A stretch of 64,000 nt of DNA from Raillietiella orientalis (lineage: Eukaryota): contig JAYWIR010000040.1 in NCBI GenBank assembly GCA_036172245.1, positions 1,302,001 to 1,366,000 on the forward strand, written 5' to 3'. The position numbers and the translations under genes were made by a program. Of this stretch, positions 24,801 through 35,620 are shown one piece after another. Positions within the stretch are counted from its first letter, which is position 1. Each line of letters starts with the position of its first letter. Under the pieces are notes generated by a model. That model worked only from the letters and a program-made list of their open reading frames with translations. It ran no database searches and had not been told where the DNA came from.

Positions 24801-25225
24801 GTTTACCTGAGGTCGCTGATGACCGCGTCGACATCCTCCGCCGGGGTGTCCCACTCTCCGTCGGGGCAGCTGGTCCCAGCGTCCGCTGAGGCGCCCGCGG
24901 CGGCGGTCGGGACCGCCGGCCGACTGAGCTCCCGGCGGCATGCCTCCAGCTGCTCCTCCAGGTGCTTCCTCCTGACCTCCTCCGCGTGATTCTGCTCCAG
25001 CAACCTCTCGAAGGTCCACCGGAAGCGGCCCAGCCTCTCTGCATAGCTCCTCCTCTCGCTCTGGAGCTCAGCCAGGCACGACTGCTGCGCCCTCCGCGCG
25101 TGCTCCAGCTGCTGCTGCTGCAGCAGCAGCAACCTCTCGGTCTGGCAGTCGGGAGCGCTCGAGGTGAGCCCGTCGGCATCCCTCAGGATTTCCTGAGTCT
25201 CGTAGGGTCGAGCAGGAGGCGGTTC
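835..25225 (-). CDS. Multi-exon long coiled-coil protein of unknown function (partial gene model)
   Basis: GT-AG exons assembled by hand in transcript order: 24807-25225 (or alternative 23329-23669), 12536-12696 (EEKKKLRLEADKCFFQAQELERLL), 9047-9138 (LSLHIEKLDKELQ), 6236-6417 (LIKSIEYKISEDDEMVEELRGEL), 5924-6111 (QQLMDDFEWKLREIEKG), 4578-4767 (LKSLEAEVYQLRGLTFEQ), 4442-4519, 1036-1203 (WKDRIDQECSRMKEEL), 835-981. All are E/K/Q/L-rich and heptad-like. Phases agree at every junction except 9047 (phase 0) to 6417 (phase 1), so at least one exon is unplaced. The 5' end (possible exon ~25355-25475) and the 3' end are uncertain. Confidence 0.8.
1390..1950 (+). mobile_element. Degenerate LINE fragment (end of APE endonuclease plus EN-RT linker)
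   Basis: TFEDHTLL resembles the endonuclease xDH motif. It is followed, across frameshifts and stops, by KWTAFQKIII...RPTPWI, which resembles the W..F..I...PW linker of non-LTR ORF2. Confidence 0.4.
2540..3460 (-). mobile_element. tRNA-derived SINE, tandem pair (full copy ~2960-3460 plus head-truncated copy ~2540-2950)
   Basis: Reverse-complement B box (ATTCGAACCC at 3401-3410). The body and tail are shared with the other copies (GATGGCGCTGGT...GTGGAAGCC; GGTTCCCTT-rich tail). Confidence 0.75.
2847..3165. repeat. Arm 1 of a near-identical inverted repeat (partner 13666-13985)
   Basis: Direct comparison with the reverse complement of 13666-13985 shows about 4 differences (3 substitutions, 1 indel) in ~320 bp. 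Confidence 0.95.
3985..4140 (-). mobile_element. Partial copy of the same SINE family
   Basis: CCCGAAGGGAACCGGCTCCC...CCTGGAAGGACCCCGG is the reverse complement of the family's tail segment. Confidence 0.55.
8320..8445 (+). mobile_element. SINE head-only copy
   Basis: GGCTGCGGTCTCC...GGTTCGAATCCC (8362)...GGGTGCG...GGGTTCGAGTTCC...GCAAGA, collinear with the other copies. Confidence 0.7.
10104..10280. repeat. Nested inverted repeats, possibly a decayed MITE
   Basis: Perfect 14-bp IR CCTTATTAACTGTC (10171-10184) / GACAGTTAATAAGG (10196-10209). It is flanked by ATATTGA/TCAATAT and by CTTATGGAC (10104-10112) / GTCCATAAG (10272-10280). Confidence 0.5.
13430..14420 (+). mobile_element. tRNA-derived SINE, tandem pair (full copy ~13430-13860 plus head-truncated copy ~13900-14420)
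   Basis: B box GGTTCGAATCC at 13480-13490. Same dimer arrangement as 2540-3460 but in the opposite orientation. Confidence 0.75.
13666..13985. repeat. Arm 2 of a near-identical inverted repeat (partner 2847-3165)
   Basis: See arm 1. The same spurious peptides (MHSGEVPTSSAIRDGGSLQ; MPRPKPTGANQRH) appear in the ORF track on opposite strands at the two loci. Confidence 0.95.
15615..16180 (+). mobile_element. tRNA-derived SINE copy
   Basis: B box at 15666; body GCAAGATGGCGCTGGTT...GTGGAAGCCGG; shared tail. Confidence 0.75.
16563..16606. repeat. Perfect hairpin, 20-bp stem with 4-nt loop
   Basis: TCCAAATTTTCGCGATGATG-tcgt-CATCATCGCGAAAATTTGGA. Confidence 0.95.
17740..18500 (+). pseudogene. Degenerate retrotransposon gag-like ORF with decayed zinc knuckles
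   Basis: Across frameshifts: ...CEQGDVSSY..*GLRK...AG... then MVDHFIWGLSQPI (compare gag Q..V..Y...L / D.FI.GL...I). This is followed by SLEHFPF...RTCPNFGRPH, resembling a worn tandem CCHC knuckle. Confidence 0.45.
18620..19440 (+). mobile_element. Degenerate Penelope-like (PLE) reverse transcriptase relic
   Basis: PLE-type motifs in the correct order: RPTK.QVVILDKTSYRLEAKEHL (cf. PADK...VVLDK..Y..EA..HL); FYDCLPYH...ISIV (FY.LPKIHK..RPIV); FNTSI (LYTNI); RGC..GT.PFS..A.I (G.AMG.P.SP..ANI); KMHSTSTF (N..HP.IKFT); FLGI (FLDI). There is no intact YxDD, and many stops and frameshifts. Confidence 0.6.
20775..21265 (+). mobile_element. tRNA-derived SINE copy (internally deleted)
   Basis: GGCCGCGTGGCTGCGGTC head, B box at 20823, shared tail segments. 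Confidence 0.7.
22489..22592. promoter_or_regulatory. Cluster of RFX X-box-like palindromes
   Basis: GTAACCATGGTAAC (22489-22502) fits the X-box consensus GTHNYY-AT-RRNAAC. GTCGCTATGGCGAC (22579-22592) is a palindromic variant. A 16-bp perfect IR overlaps the first site (22495-22528). Confidence 0.5.
23329..23669 (-). CDS. Alternative first or mutually exclusive coding exon of the coiled-coil gene (basic then poly-Glu segment)
   Basis: Open frame from ATG 23645 (MWSFLRNLRG...EEEEEEEED...LYASSMLR). It ends at an AG|GTACC donor in phase 2, matching the phase-2 acceptor at 12696. A candidate acceptor CCCCCGTAG lies just before 23669. Confidence 0.6.
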
Positions 25226-27269
25226 CTGGGGAGACGGAGAGGGAGGGAGAGAAGAGGCTGCAAAACATCCCTCTCTTCCCAAGTCACTTCCACCCCGCCC
25301 CCGAGGCTCAGCCCCGTAGATGCCGCGACCGCCCTCGTCCCTGACTCCACCCACCCGAATGCTGCCGGTCAAAAGAGGCGCTGGGAGAGAGGCGCTGGAG
25401 GACCGTCGCCCTCCAGACATGCCAGGAGATCGCGTGGTCCTTTGAGGGCATCCCGGCTCCACGCCCTCCCCTGCCTGGTGCACGGAAGAACATCCCTCCG
25501 AGACAGAACGGAAGATCGAAGAGCGGTAGGACGTCCCCGAAGCCAAGCCGGGGTCGAGGTGATCCCCTGGGTACTCCGTACCAGCTAGGTGGTTCCTCCA
25601 GAAGCCGCCAGATGCCTCCGGAAGCGACCCTGAGACTCCCGGCAGCTCCGCACTATCGAGTCAGCTGGCTGGGTGCCCGCACGCGTACGGTAGATGGCGT
25701 GGGCCGAGTGCCGTCAGGGCGTAGTAGGGCAGAAGAGCCGCCATCCGACGCGCGAGCGAGGAACTGAGCCGCGCACCGGCGCACACGCGACGAGGGTTGC
25801 TGGGTGGCGCGACCCGTCGCTCCCGTCGCTGCTGCCGGCACCCCGGAGCTCGGACTCTCCAACCCGCGCAGGATCCCACACCCTCGCGACCAAGCGTCCC
25901 AGGATTCTTCCACTGCACCCTGTTCTCCCTTCCGGCTCATTGAACGAACTACGAGCGAGTTTCCCGACCTAACCGCTAGGTGGACTCCGTGCCGCGGCGC
26001 AGTCGCACCTCCCCTGATCGCCGACCCGCTTTAAAAATAGCCTTTCTTCCTCTCTTCCGTGTCTTCCGGAAGGCAGAGCTTCACAATATTCTCTGTCCCT
26101 GTCTCTGGACCTTTCCCTTCCTGGTCCAATCCTTCCTTCCCCTGGAACGAGGTCTCCAATCCTGGGCTCAGGAGACCTCGGAGGGCGTTCCGGAGCGTTC
26201 CCGAAAAGATACGGCTTGCGTTGGGGGCACATCGGCGCGGTCCCCGTGCTTCCCAGGGAGATGGCAGAGCCTGTCCTGACTTTCCCGATTCTCTCCTTTC
26301 CCCCACTTTCCTTTTTCTTTCGTCTTTTTGCATCTTCCTGGCCCTCGTGACCAATCGCGACTGCACTTCCCCTCAGGGTAGTAGGTGGAAGAGAGGCTCG
26401 AGACGAGGAGGAGGGAAATCGGGAGGCGGAAAGGGGCAAACGTCGCGGGTGAGGGTGGGGGGGAAGAAAGTCGAGAGGAGCCACGACGGACGCTGAACGG
26501 AAGTCGGCGATGGAGGTGAACGATCCGGGTTCAGCAGTCACCTCCTGGACGGCGCAGAGGGCGGAGGCACAGGAAGGAGCTTCCTGGAAAGCCACCGCGG
26601 GAAAGGGAAGCACTGGGAACTCTCCCAAGGGCAGCATCCCTGCCTGCGGCGTGCTGCTTCAGCGCAGCACAAGGAACCGACTGCTTCAGCCAGCGCATCG
26701 GGCGTTGTTTCGCGCGACCTCTTTGGTTGGAGCTGGCGTGCGTCCCCGGCCTTCGGGCACTCCCCTGCCTCCTTGGCGACTCTGCTTTCGGTGCGGATCC
26801 CGCTGGCACACTCCATCCCGCTCTCTGACGCCGACGCTTTTACGAGCTTTTTCAGGGCTTCCCGGGCCTCAGGAGCTAGTGCATCTCCCCGGATCGGTTC
26901 CCTGATCTCTCCCACCCCTTCCGGCTGGCAGCGCATCCAACACTGCGTCCTTGCGGGGCCCGCCCTGCAGCCTGTTCGAGCGGAGGCGTAGTCTCCGACG
27001 CGGGCGCAGCGACCTCCGAGTGCGGGAAGCCGTTACCTTGCCCCGCTCACCCGCCCGGGACTGCGAGCTCGAAACGCCTTCCCTTCCCGTCTCCCCGTCC
27101 CCCACGGGGAAAGGGAGGTGAACTGGGACTGCGCGCGGGGACGCTCCCGCCGTCCTCGCCGACGTGGGCGAGCTGTCGCCAAGAGAAATCGGAAGCGGGT
27201 GCGACGCCATCATGGGCGTCCCTCTCGTGGCTGCTGTCAATCCTCTTCACCAGAAGCGATTCGGCTCGC

Positions 27270-27765
27270 GTTGGCGGCCGCATGGCTGCGGTCTCCGCGT
27301 GCGTGGCGCCAAGTGTCGCGGGTTCGAATCCTCGCGCAGAGGACCGACGCCAGAGAAACGAGAGGGTGCGTCGTGGGTTTCGAGTCCCCCTCCCCCCCGC
27401 AAGATCTCGCTGGTTGGCCCACATTCGGGTGCGGCACCGGTAGAAACCGCTAAAAGCCGGCTGCCCTCGTTGACCCGCCAGGATTGGAAATCGACTCCCT
27501 GGAACCTAGGAATCAAGGAGCCGTTTCCTTTCGGTTGTAGAAATGGATCCTGTCCTCCCCTCCTTTTCCTCAGGAAGTGATCCTCCATCTTGTACCGTGG
27601 AGCTGGTGGATCGATATCTCTCCAGAGTGCGCGAAGAAGCGCTCTGTTCCCTTCGGGGAGCGATCCTCCGTAGGAATCAGGAAGCGTGCCTTGGGGGTTC
27701 TCTTCAGAGGAGTAAACAAGGAGCTGTTCCGTTGAGAGTTCCCTTCGGAGCTTCTTGTTCCTTCC
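27270..27765 (+). mobile_element. tRNA-derived SINE copy
   Basis: GGCCGCATGGCTGCGGTCTCC head, B box at 27321, shared body and tail. Confidence 0.75.
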
Positions 27766-29711
27766 AGCTCTTTGCGGGAGCTTAGGTGCCGCAGGTCGCA
27801 CATCCCATGCAAGAGTGGCGAGATCCAAGGAAACGGCATGCTGACAGCACCCTCGGAACTCGGCGAATGACGGCGACGAGCCTGCACGCGCGACGGGCAT
27901 CTCCGGGAGAGGAAAGAGGAAAAGAAGCCAAAGAAGAAAAGAAACAACGGAAGAAAAGGAGAGAGAGAAAAAACCCGAGGGGCAACGTGGACATCGCGTT
28001 TCTGAAACCCGTTACTCCAGCTTGGGTTACCTCATGCATCGGGAAAGCCAAACCTCACTCTTTTCCGGTCTAAGAAACTCAGCATCCTCTGCCAACACGA
28101 CTCCCTGCAGCTACGAACGTCACGCGCCCAAGGCCAGGATGGAGAAAGCTGTCTCCCGGTGCAGCCAGAAGGAGCTCCGCTTTCCAGAATCTCCAAATCA
28201 CAACTTCGCGCACCCCTTCGCTGGAAAGGTAGGGGAAACGGCGGGGTAAAAATTGCCGCGCCCGCCCGCGTGAAAAGGCGCGCGTGTGCGCGCGCGCGCG
28301 CGTCTCCGTCCGGGAGAGCTCAGCGCGCGATGGCTCTTGCAGCAGCACTCCCGCACAGCTCGTTGCTGCGATCACACTCGAGTCCTCCTCCCCCGCAGAG
28401 ACCGATGTCATGCCATCTGAGCGCTGTCGTCTTGTCGTGCCGTCGGGTCGCCATCGAGGGAAGAGACCAGGTGGAAGGGGGTGGGATGGGAGGAAGCAGA
28501 TACCTGCGGCCACCCGAACGCTGGTCCCAGGCTGCCCGTGATGCAGCAGCTCTCTTTCCGGGTTTTCGACTTTGCGGGGGCACGAAAGGCGCGCGCTCCC
28601 GGCTCGACGGCGGCTGCGGCCAGCGTCCAACGCCCGGAGCTCCCACGCGGCCGTTAGGAGACGCAGAAATAAACTCGGAAGATTCTGGAAAGAAGAGGCG
28701 GGAAGCAGGGACCGCGCCCGTCGTTCCTGCTTCCCGCCTTTTCGAGAGCACGGCAGGACCGCTCGCGGAGGCTCCATCCGATCCCTGGTTGCCCAAGGAC
28801 ACCGACTGTCCCAAACCGGAAGAACCACCAACGTCGGCGCGGCTGGCGACACTGCGCCTCGATGAAATCGCACGCGATGCGTCTCATCGAGGCGCAGCGA
28901 CGGATACATTGGATCACTCGCGGTTCCACTTCACACTCAGAAACAACATTCCCTCTCTTTCTCTGTCCCCTCCCCCTTCTTTTCCCCCCTTCCCTTTTGC
29001 CATTCGTGCTAACGATAATCTGGGAAATTTCGGACTCACTTTGTTTTTCAGCATGGCTTCCTCCTTGAGACCTATCGGCGTGCGAGTTCGGTACGGTACA
29101 TCACGTTTTACGGATGCCCGGCACAGAAAGCTTTGAATGCGTACTACAAGAAAAATGATCACAAGTGCAGAGTACAGTTCTCCTTGGCATATCTTTAAGA
29201 GCTTTTCTGTTTCCTTCCTTCCTCTTTTTTTTTTTTTTTTTTAATACGCGTTTCCCCTTCCGCCTGACGATATGCATGAATATGAATATCCGCTGTTGGG
29301 GATCTATAAATAAACAAATTGGAGGCATTTAAATTGAATCACTGAGGGAAGGAGTGCCTCAACAGCCCTGAAAGATTAATGAGCGTTTCCATTTTCCCGG
29401 TGGTATCATCTTCTCTCAAGCAGGCACCGGAGTGTGCCGGGGGAAAAGACCTACAGTTTGATCTGAGCCAAAAGGCCGAGAAGAGATCTAAGTTGAAAAT
29501 GATGCCTCAGGTGCAGGGAGCCTTTGAATAGGCCGTAGGGACCGTCTCACAGATTTCTGACCGCGTGTTGCATCACTACAACGCGCTATGAGTAAGCTGG
29601 CGGATGGAGATCTGAATCACCAGAGAGATGCTTTCGTCGGCGTGAGACCACGTGGCTGTGCAAGGACGGGAGGAATCCCTCAGCGACGGCAACTCCACGG
29701 AAACCGCCTCC

Positions 29712-29945
29712 CTTGCGCGCTCGCGCACATCGCGACTCAAAGTCTCCCCGCTCATCCGACTCCCCATGAGTTTCTTTCCGACGGGGAACAGCGTTCCCTA
29801 CGGGATCGGCCCCTGCCCGGGATGTGCCACCGTGCGAAGGGAGTCCATGCATTTCGGGTCACCTCTCAGTGGCGGGATCGCACCTCACACGCCCTTTGCG
29901 TGTAATGTGAAGAAGGTGAGCTCCCACTCATCGGTGGTGCAAAAC
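29712..29945 (+). repeat. Direct repeat copy 1 (probable LINE C-terminal zinc-finger fragment)
   Basis: 29755-29926 matches 31468-31639 with 2 mismatches in 172 bp. One frame reads PCPGC....ESMH, like a worn zf-RVT finger. Confidence 0.85.
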
Positions 29946-31424
29946 AAAGAGCAGCTGAAGACGGGGAACCTGCGTTAGATGGGACTCGGGACGATTTGTC
30001 CCCAGTCTGCAGTTCAGTAATAGGGAAAATACGGATCCCTGAAATTGAATAGAAAAGCGTGGATCGAAGAGTGTTTCGAAATGGGTGGAAACCTCGTCGA
30101 AGGACCAACACCCTTGAAAATGGCGTACAGCAGGGGATACGGGAGTTGAGCTGCGGTAATGAGCTTTCCAGGTTGCTCACCGGGGATCCCGCAAAAATGA
30201 TCCAGCGTTTCAATTCTTCCTCATGTTTGAGGTTTTTGGTTCGTTTGGTAAACGGAAAGCAAATCCCGACGTCTGTTTCTCAGAAGAGGAGAGTACGTGC
30301 CTGCGTGACAGGGGCTTTCGCCTTTCCAAATGCTCCCGGTGTTCAAAGAGACAGCGAAAATTCGTCTTTTGGTAAAACGGCATCAATTACCGGTGACAAG
30401 TTCAAGTTTCGGAAAGCTCTTCGGGGGAGCACAAAAGGAATCTTCCTCTATAAAGAAGAAGGAGAAGAAGAAAAATGAAAACAAAGGAAATGTCAGGCAA
30501 AACCGTGAGGTTTTGCATGAGCGGTCTTTCCTCTCCACCTGTGCTTTGATCCGCTCCAAAACACCACAAACGCAAGCAGTTGCCAATCGAACACACGACG
30601 AGGGATGCACCCGCGTTCAAAACACACGGAAGAAGTGTTCGTCATCAGTTGGTCATCGTGAGGCTGTCAGGAAGATGCTTTCCCGTGGCAGGAATAGGAG
30701 CGCAAGCTGTGCGACTGCAACGTTTGTTGCTGCGAATGCCTGTCGGGGAAGGCGACCTTTGTCCTTTGCAACCTTCGAGTCCAAAGAGATCCTGCCCTCC
30801 AGGAATCAGGAAGATTTCGCTTCCGCCGATCGTTTCAGCACGTCCTGAATTCTCTGTGAGCCTTTGCTTTGCTTTTTAGCCAAGGATTGCAAGAATTGTT
30901 TGGAAACGAATGCGCTCCCTGGAAGCCCACGCCATCCACGCAATTTCCGGCTGATTTCTTCCTCTGTTTGTTCCCAATTTTGGAAATGCTATTTTGTTTT
31001 CCAAGGGTTCCTTTCCCCTTCTCTCCCTGCTGCAGTCGGACCGAAGAGTCGAGGCAGTTTTCCTCTTCGTTAGCACTTTCTTCCAAACACTTGTGACGTC
31101 GCGCTCTTGCTGTAACAGGCGAGAGGCGTGCTTCTCAGGCGGCATTCTGCATCTCCAGGCTTCCGTGTCTGTCATCCGAGAAGGCGAGACTCTGAAGATC
31201 TGGCGGCATCCGGCAAACCAACGGCCTCAGAGGGAATGCGAGCTCTTAGCCTCCCGATAAGTCAGCACCAATTAAAAGGGAACGGGGCAGCAGCTGCGGC
31301 CCCGTGCTTGTTGCCGGGGCACGGGCATGACCCACGCAAGCCGTTATGCAAGAAACCCAGAAATTAGGGAAGATACTTCAAAAGAGTCGGAAGGCGTGGC
31401 CACAGGAGGAAGAAGGCCGGTCGT

Positions 31425-31660
31425 GTTGCGCGCCCGCGCACATCGGAGCTCAAAGTCCTCCCGCTCGTCCGACTCCCCATGAGTTTCTTTCCGACGGGGA
31501 ACAGCGTTCCCTACGGGATCGGCCCTTGCCCGGGATGTGCCACCGTGCGAAGGGAGTCCATGCATTTCGGGTCACCTCTCAGTGGCGGGATCGCACCTCA
31601 CACGCCCTTTGCGTGTAATGTGAAGAAGGTGCGCTCCCATCCGCATCGGTGGTGCAGATT
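31425..31660 (+). repeat. Direct repeat copy 2
   Basis: Offset 1713 bp from copy 1; near-identical core with diverged edges. Confidence 0.85.
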
Positions 31661-34239
31661 GAAGAATTCAAAAGGTGTTCAGACTCGAGGAGATTCGTGA
31701 AATTCACTCAACGGATTCCCAACGTTCCATTGCAAGGCCTAAAATCAGGAAAAGGGAACAGCGAAAGTATTTTCCCAGTTTTTTTTTTTTTAACCAAATC
31801 AGATATGACCCATAAAAAAGGTGCTGAGAACACATATGGAAGCTCAGGTGACCAACAGTAACAGTCTGTGACGTGTTTTGTTGTTCTTGTTGTTGTTTGA
31901 AAAAAAAAAAAAAAATTCAAAGAAATGTTTCAGATATTCTACGAGGACCTTTGTGGGTAAGTAAAGTGGGAAAAAACCTGTGCTCAGATGGGTGCGGTAA
32001 ATGACCGGCTGACTTATACCAATAGCTAATCTCTTTGCTTGTTTGCACTCTAAACACGCTTCCTGTTAGGCATCTCCGTACTTGAAAGTGACGATGAGAA
32101 AGAATGAAGCTGGGAAAATGGCAGCTTTGCAATAAAAGGGAATTTTGAATTGAAACGAATGAATTTTGTTTCCTTTTTAATTCTTTCTCGAAAGCCACAG
32201 ACGTCACCCTATGCCCAGCATACCATCTCATGGAATTCCAGCAAGCAATCACCTTCGGATGAGAAAGCAGGACGATAGAGCTGCACCCAAATGGGAAGGA
32301 AGATGCGTCGCAGAGACATGGGACCTCAGCAGGTCAAAAAAAAAAAACTCCGAAACCCCGTATTCCCGGATCCATAATCAACGAATCCTGTTTCCAGAAT
32401 GATCCTACCAACTGCCGCTTTAGGCGAGGACCGCGAAATGGAACCTTAGAGTCGTAAGTTGCACGTAAAGCACGCGCTCCTGGTCGGAACAAGAAAAGGC
32501 AGGCATTCGGCGGCAGAAGGACAAAAAGTGTCCCCGCGCGGAAACAGGAAACACGGGAGCACCTATCAAGTGGCTGCACACGGGTTTAAGGCGGGTGAAC
32601 AACGGAACCGCTGGACCCAACAGAAGTGAGGATACTTGAAAAGGCAACTTGGAACAAAAGGCCTGAGGTCGATAAAGAGTCAGCAAATCATCGCCGCTTC
32701 TTCGTGTCGCCAAAACGAAACGCTGGACCCACGAGGAAAGCAGAAATGAGGGGAGCCAGCAAAGCAGACGCACAAGCTAGATTTGTCACAAAATGCTGTA
32801 GATTAAAAAAAAAAATACATACAGCAGTTCAGTTGTTACCGTGGAAAATCCATAAAACATCTCGGCAGGATTTTCCCCCTTTTTTTTCTCCAGCTGCGAT
32901 TACAAGCGCTAGAAAGCGCGATCCCAGTTCTTGAACGGAACACAACACTGCGAAGGAAGGGGGGCACCAAAACGGGATTCGTCATAAACCAACGCCCTTG
33001 TCCCTTGTTTCGCAACCAAGGAAAGGGTGTGTGGTTCCCAAAATATTTGCTCAGCTCCTTCTTGTCGACGTAGGGCCAAGGATGGAGTTCCGCACCCAGC
33101 TATCCGTTTAGTCAACTCAGGGGTGAAGGCCGTGGCGGAGGCAGAAAAAGACAAAAAAGGTACCTGCATCCGACTCGCAGCAGATGTGGGTGATTGGTTG
33201 GAGGTGTTTCCTGAAGGTCTTTAAGATGCTGAGCTAATGTAAATACATCGGTTGCAGCATTGCTTTTTTGTGTTTGTTTGTTTGTTTTTTTTAATTATTT
33301 GATTTTGACTTGCAGTAACTGTATCGCCTAGCAACAGAATAGCATGCACGGATAATCCACAGAATGATCAAAAAGCCAGTAACCATCAAGTGAACATACA
33401 GTATGAAGAATTCAGAGTAATGAAGAAGGGGGAGGAAAAAAAAGGGGGAGGGGGAAGGAAAGAGGGATTTTATAATCCCATGACGCAATGTTTTTCATCA
33501 TGGCTGCAGTAATCTCATTTCGTGGGAGCCTAACCACAGTCGATTATGCAAAATCACTTATTATCTAAAACTCTTTGCTGCATCATTTTCCATTCATTCG
33601 ACCGAGTGGAAGCACAAGGAATAGTGATGATTCGGTTACTCCCTAACTCAGGTACGGATAAATGCGCCTCTCGAAATACAAGCTGAATGAATGAGTGGGG
33701 ATTACTCGTTCTAATCCCCAAGCGGTTGCGCCTGGCAACTGGATTCAGACAACAAGAATTCAGGCAACAGGACCGAGGATTCCAAGCTACTCCTACCTAG
33801 ATCCTTCTCACCACGGAACTTCCTCTTTTCATTGGTCGCATCCGAAATTCCTCTATACCTAGGACTATCCAGATGCTCATGTGCATTTATTTTCAGGCAA
33901 GCTCATAGCCGGTGCTCCATCCAGCTGCAGAAAACATTCCGATGGGTTCGCGACGCTCGTGCTTCCATCTGCGACCTTCTGTGTCAAGTACAACGAAGAA
34001 TCCGTACAAAGTGACGTAACGCAGAAATTAGGATCGTGCCGTCGGGGCCGAAAACGCCCGAAATACCGGAAGAGGAAAAGCAAACGCAATGCACTATCAA
34101 TGCCTGCAAAGTCTGCCTAGCTGTGCAACTCCGCACTCGTGTGCGACAACACGGAAAATATTCACATTCGAGTTATGAAATTAATTACACCGTCTGCGAA
34201 TCCTCTCCGTCTGTTTCGAAGATCGAGGATCACAGGTAT

Positions 34240-35620
34240 AATCACAGGCCCATAATCCTCCACCTTCGCAATCCATCCACCCTCCTTCTTCACTGCTTTA
34301 TTCTTCTGGATGTCCCCTCTATTTCTGCTAGCGGAATGTCGTCCTCGTCGTTAGAAGGATGCCTCGATTGGTCTCCATCGTTCATCGTCTGGGAGACGTC
34401 CAAGCACATGACTCCAGTGGATGTCTCTGGTCCACCGGGCGCAGGAGGCTACCACAAAGTGCCTCATTTTGTCCGAGCGCTTTCCGGGAGCTCCCGGCTC
34501 GCGTAACACAGCATCGTTGCCAAGGATCCCATGTTCCGAGTGGTCCAGGGATGAAAGCATGCGCTTTGCACTGACTTCCATTTTTCGACAGCTCACAGGC
34601 AACATCTTGATGCTTGGTAATCTTTTCCTTCCTGGCGATGCTGGACGCTTGTTCCGCATTTTCGAACGGGGCAGCAGCAGCCGTCCACACCGCCATCCTG
34701 TTGCTCCTCTGCAACACGAAATCGGGCCGCAGAGTGGAATCTCCGTGTCCGTGTCCATTTCTCCGTGTCCACCGCGGCTGTCCTGGTTCTTTCCGATGGA
34801 GGGTCATGCCGTGAGGTGTGCAGGCGAGAATGCCTGATGCTGCGCTTTGTAATGAGGGGCAGCGTTTCGTCCCAGATTTTACAGAGCCGACATATGCGAT
34901 CTGCTTCCCTTCTTCTGGTAGCACCTCTTAATTGAGTGAGGATGCTATTATTGATGCAGATCCATCCGATCCGCGTGGATGAACCGACAGCAACTGGAGA
35001 ATCTGAGGAAGCCTCCGGTTGTTGGGAAATAGCCGGACGCACGATGCAGTCCCCACGCACTGAATGGCTCTCGTGGGGGCGAGCTACCAACTATTCCGGA
35101 GGAAGGCCTGCAATGGCCCCGGTGCTCTTGGACACACGCATCCCCCTATTAAAGTTGGCAGGAATCGGCGCTCATGCTACTGCACTGTGGTCTCCCGTGC
35201 AATGCCCGCCGGCATCACTGGTCCCGAACTGTGCAAGGTGCAGGGAGCGGGAATCTCCCCCGCATTTCCTAGTGGACTGTGTTGCCCTCCGGCCCCTCTG
35301 GGAACGCTTTGCTGCGACCCTAGGAACCCAAGGAGACAACTTCAGGTACGCTTTGAAACCTCTCCTCCTACGCGGTGCACTTCGGCCGGCAGCCTCGTTA
35401 GCTGGTCTCTGCTTCCCACGCAGGAACGGCCTGGAGTGATGCAAGAGGAAGACCTAGCGACAGGGGTGCTACATCCAATTCGCCTTCCGCTTCGTGAGGA
35501 CGGCAATAAGGTGGCCCCATCTGGAAAACAGCATGCGGCAGAGCTTGCCGGCTGATCCTCCAAAGGATGCAGAGGACCTCCCCAAGCAGACGTGGTCCGT
35601 TCCCGCACCCTACCTCTTCC
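34240..35620 (+). mobile_element. Degenerate LINE (L1/Tx1-like) ORF2 3' part with CCHC zinc finger
   Basis: CARCRERESPPHFLVDC...LW matches the C-x2-C...E..H...C...W finger of non-LTR ORF2. The upstream sequence is frameshifted, so the left boundary is approximate. Confidence 0.65.

Noticed and set aside
27272..27312. Resemblance of the SINE head to the HDV ribozyme 5' half
   Set aside because: I could not build the double pseudoknot, and the similarity is not retained across copies; a tRNA origin explains it.
27270..27345. True tRNA genes at the GGTTCGAATCC sites
   Set aside because: No consistent cloverleaf or terminator; each site continues into a shared ~500-bp body, so they are SINE heads.
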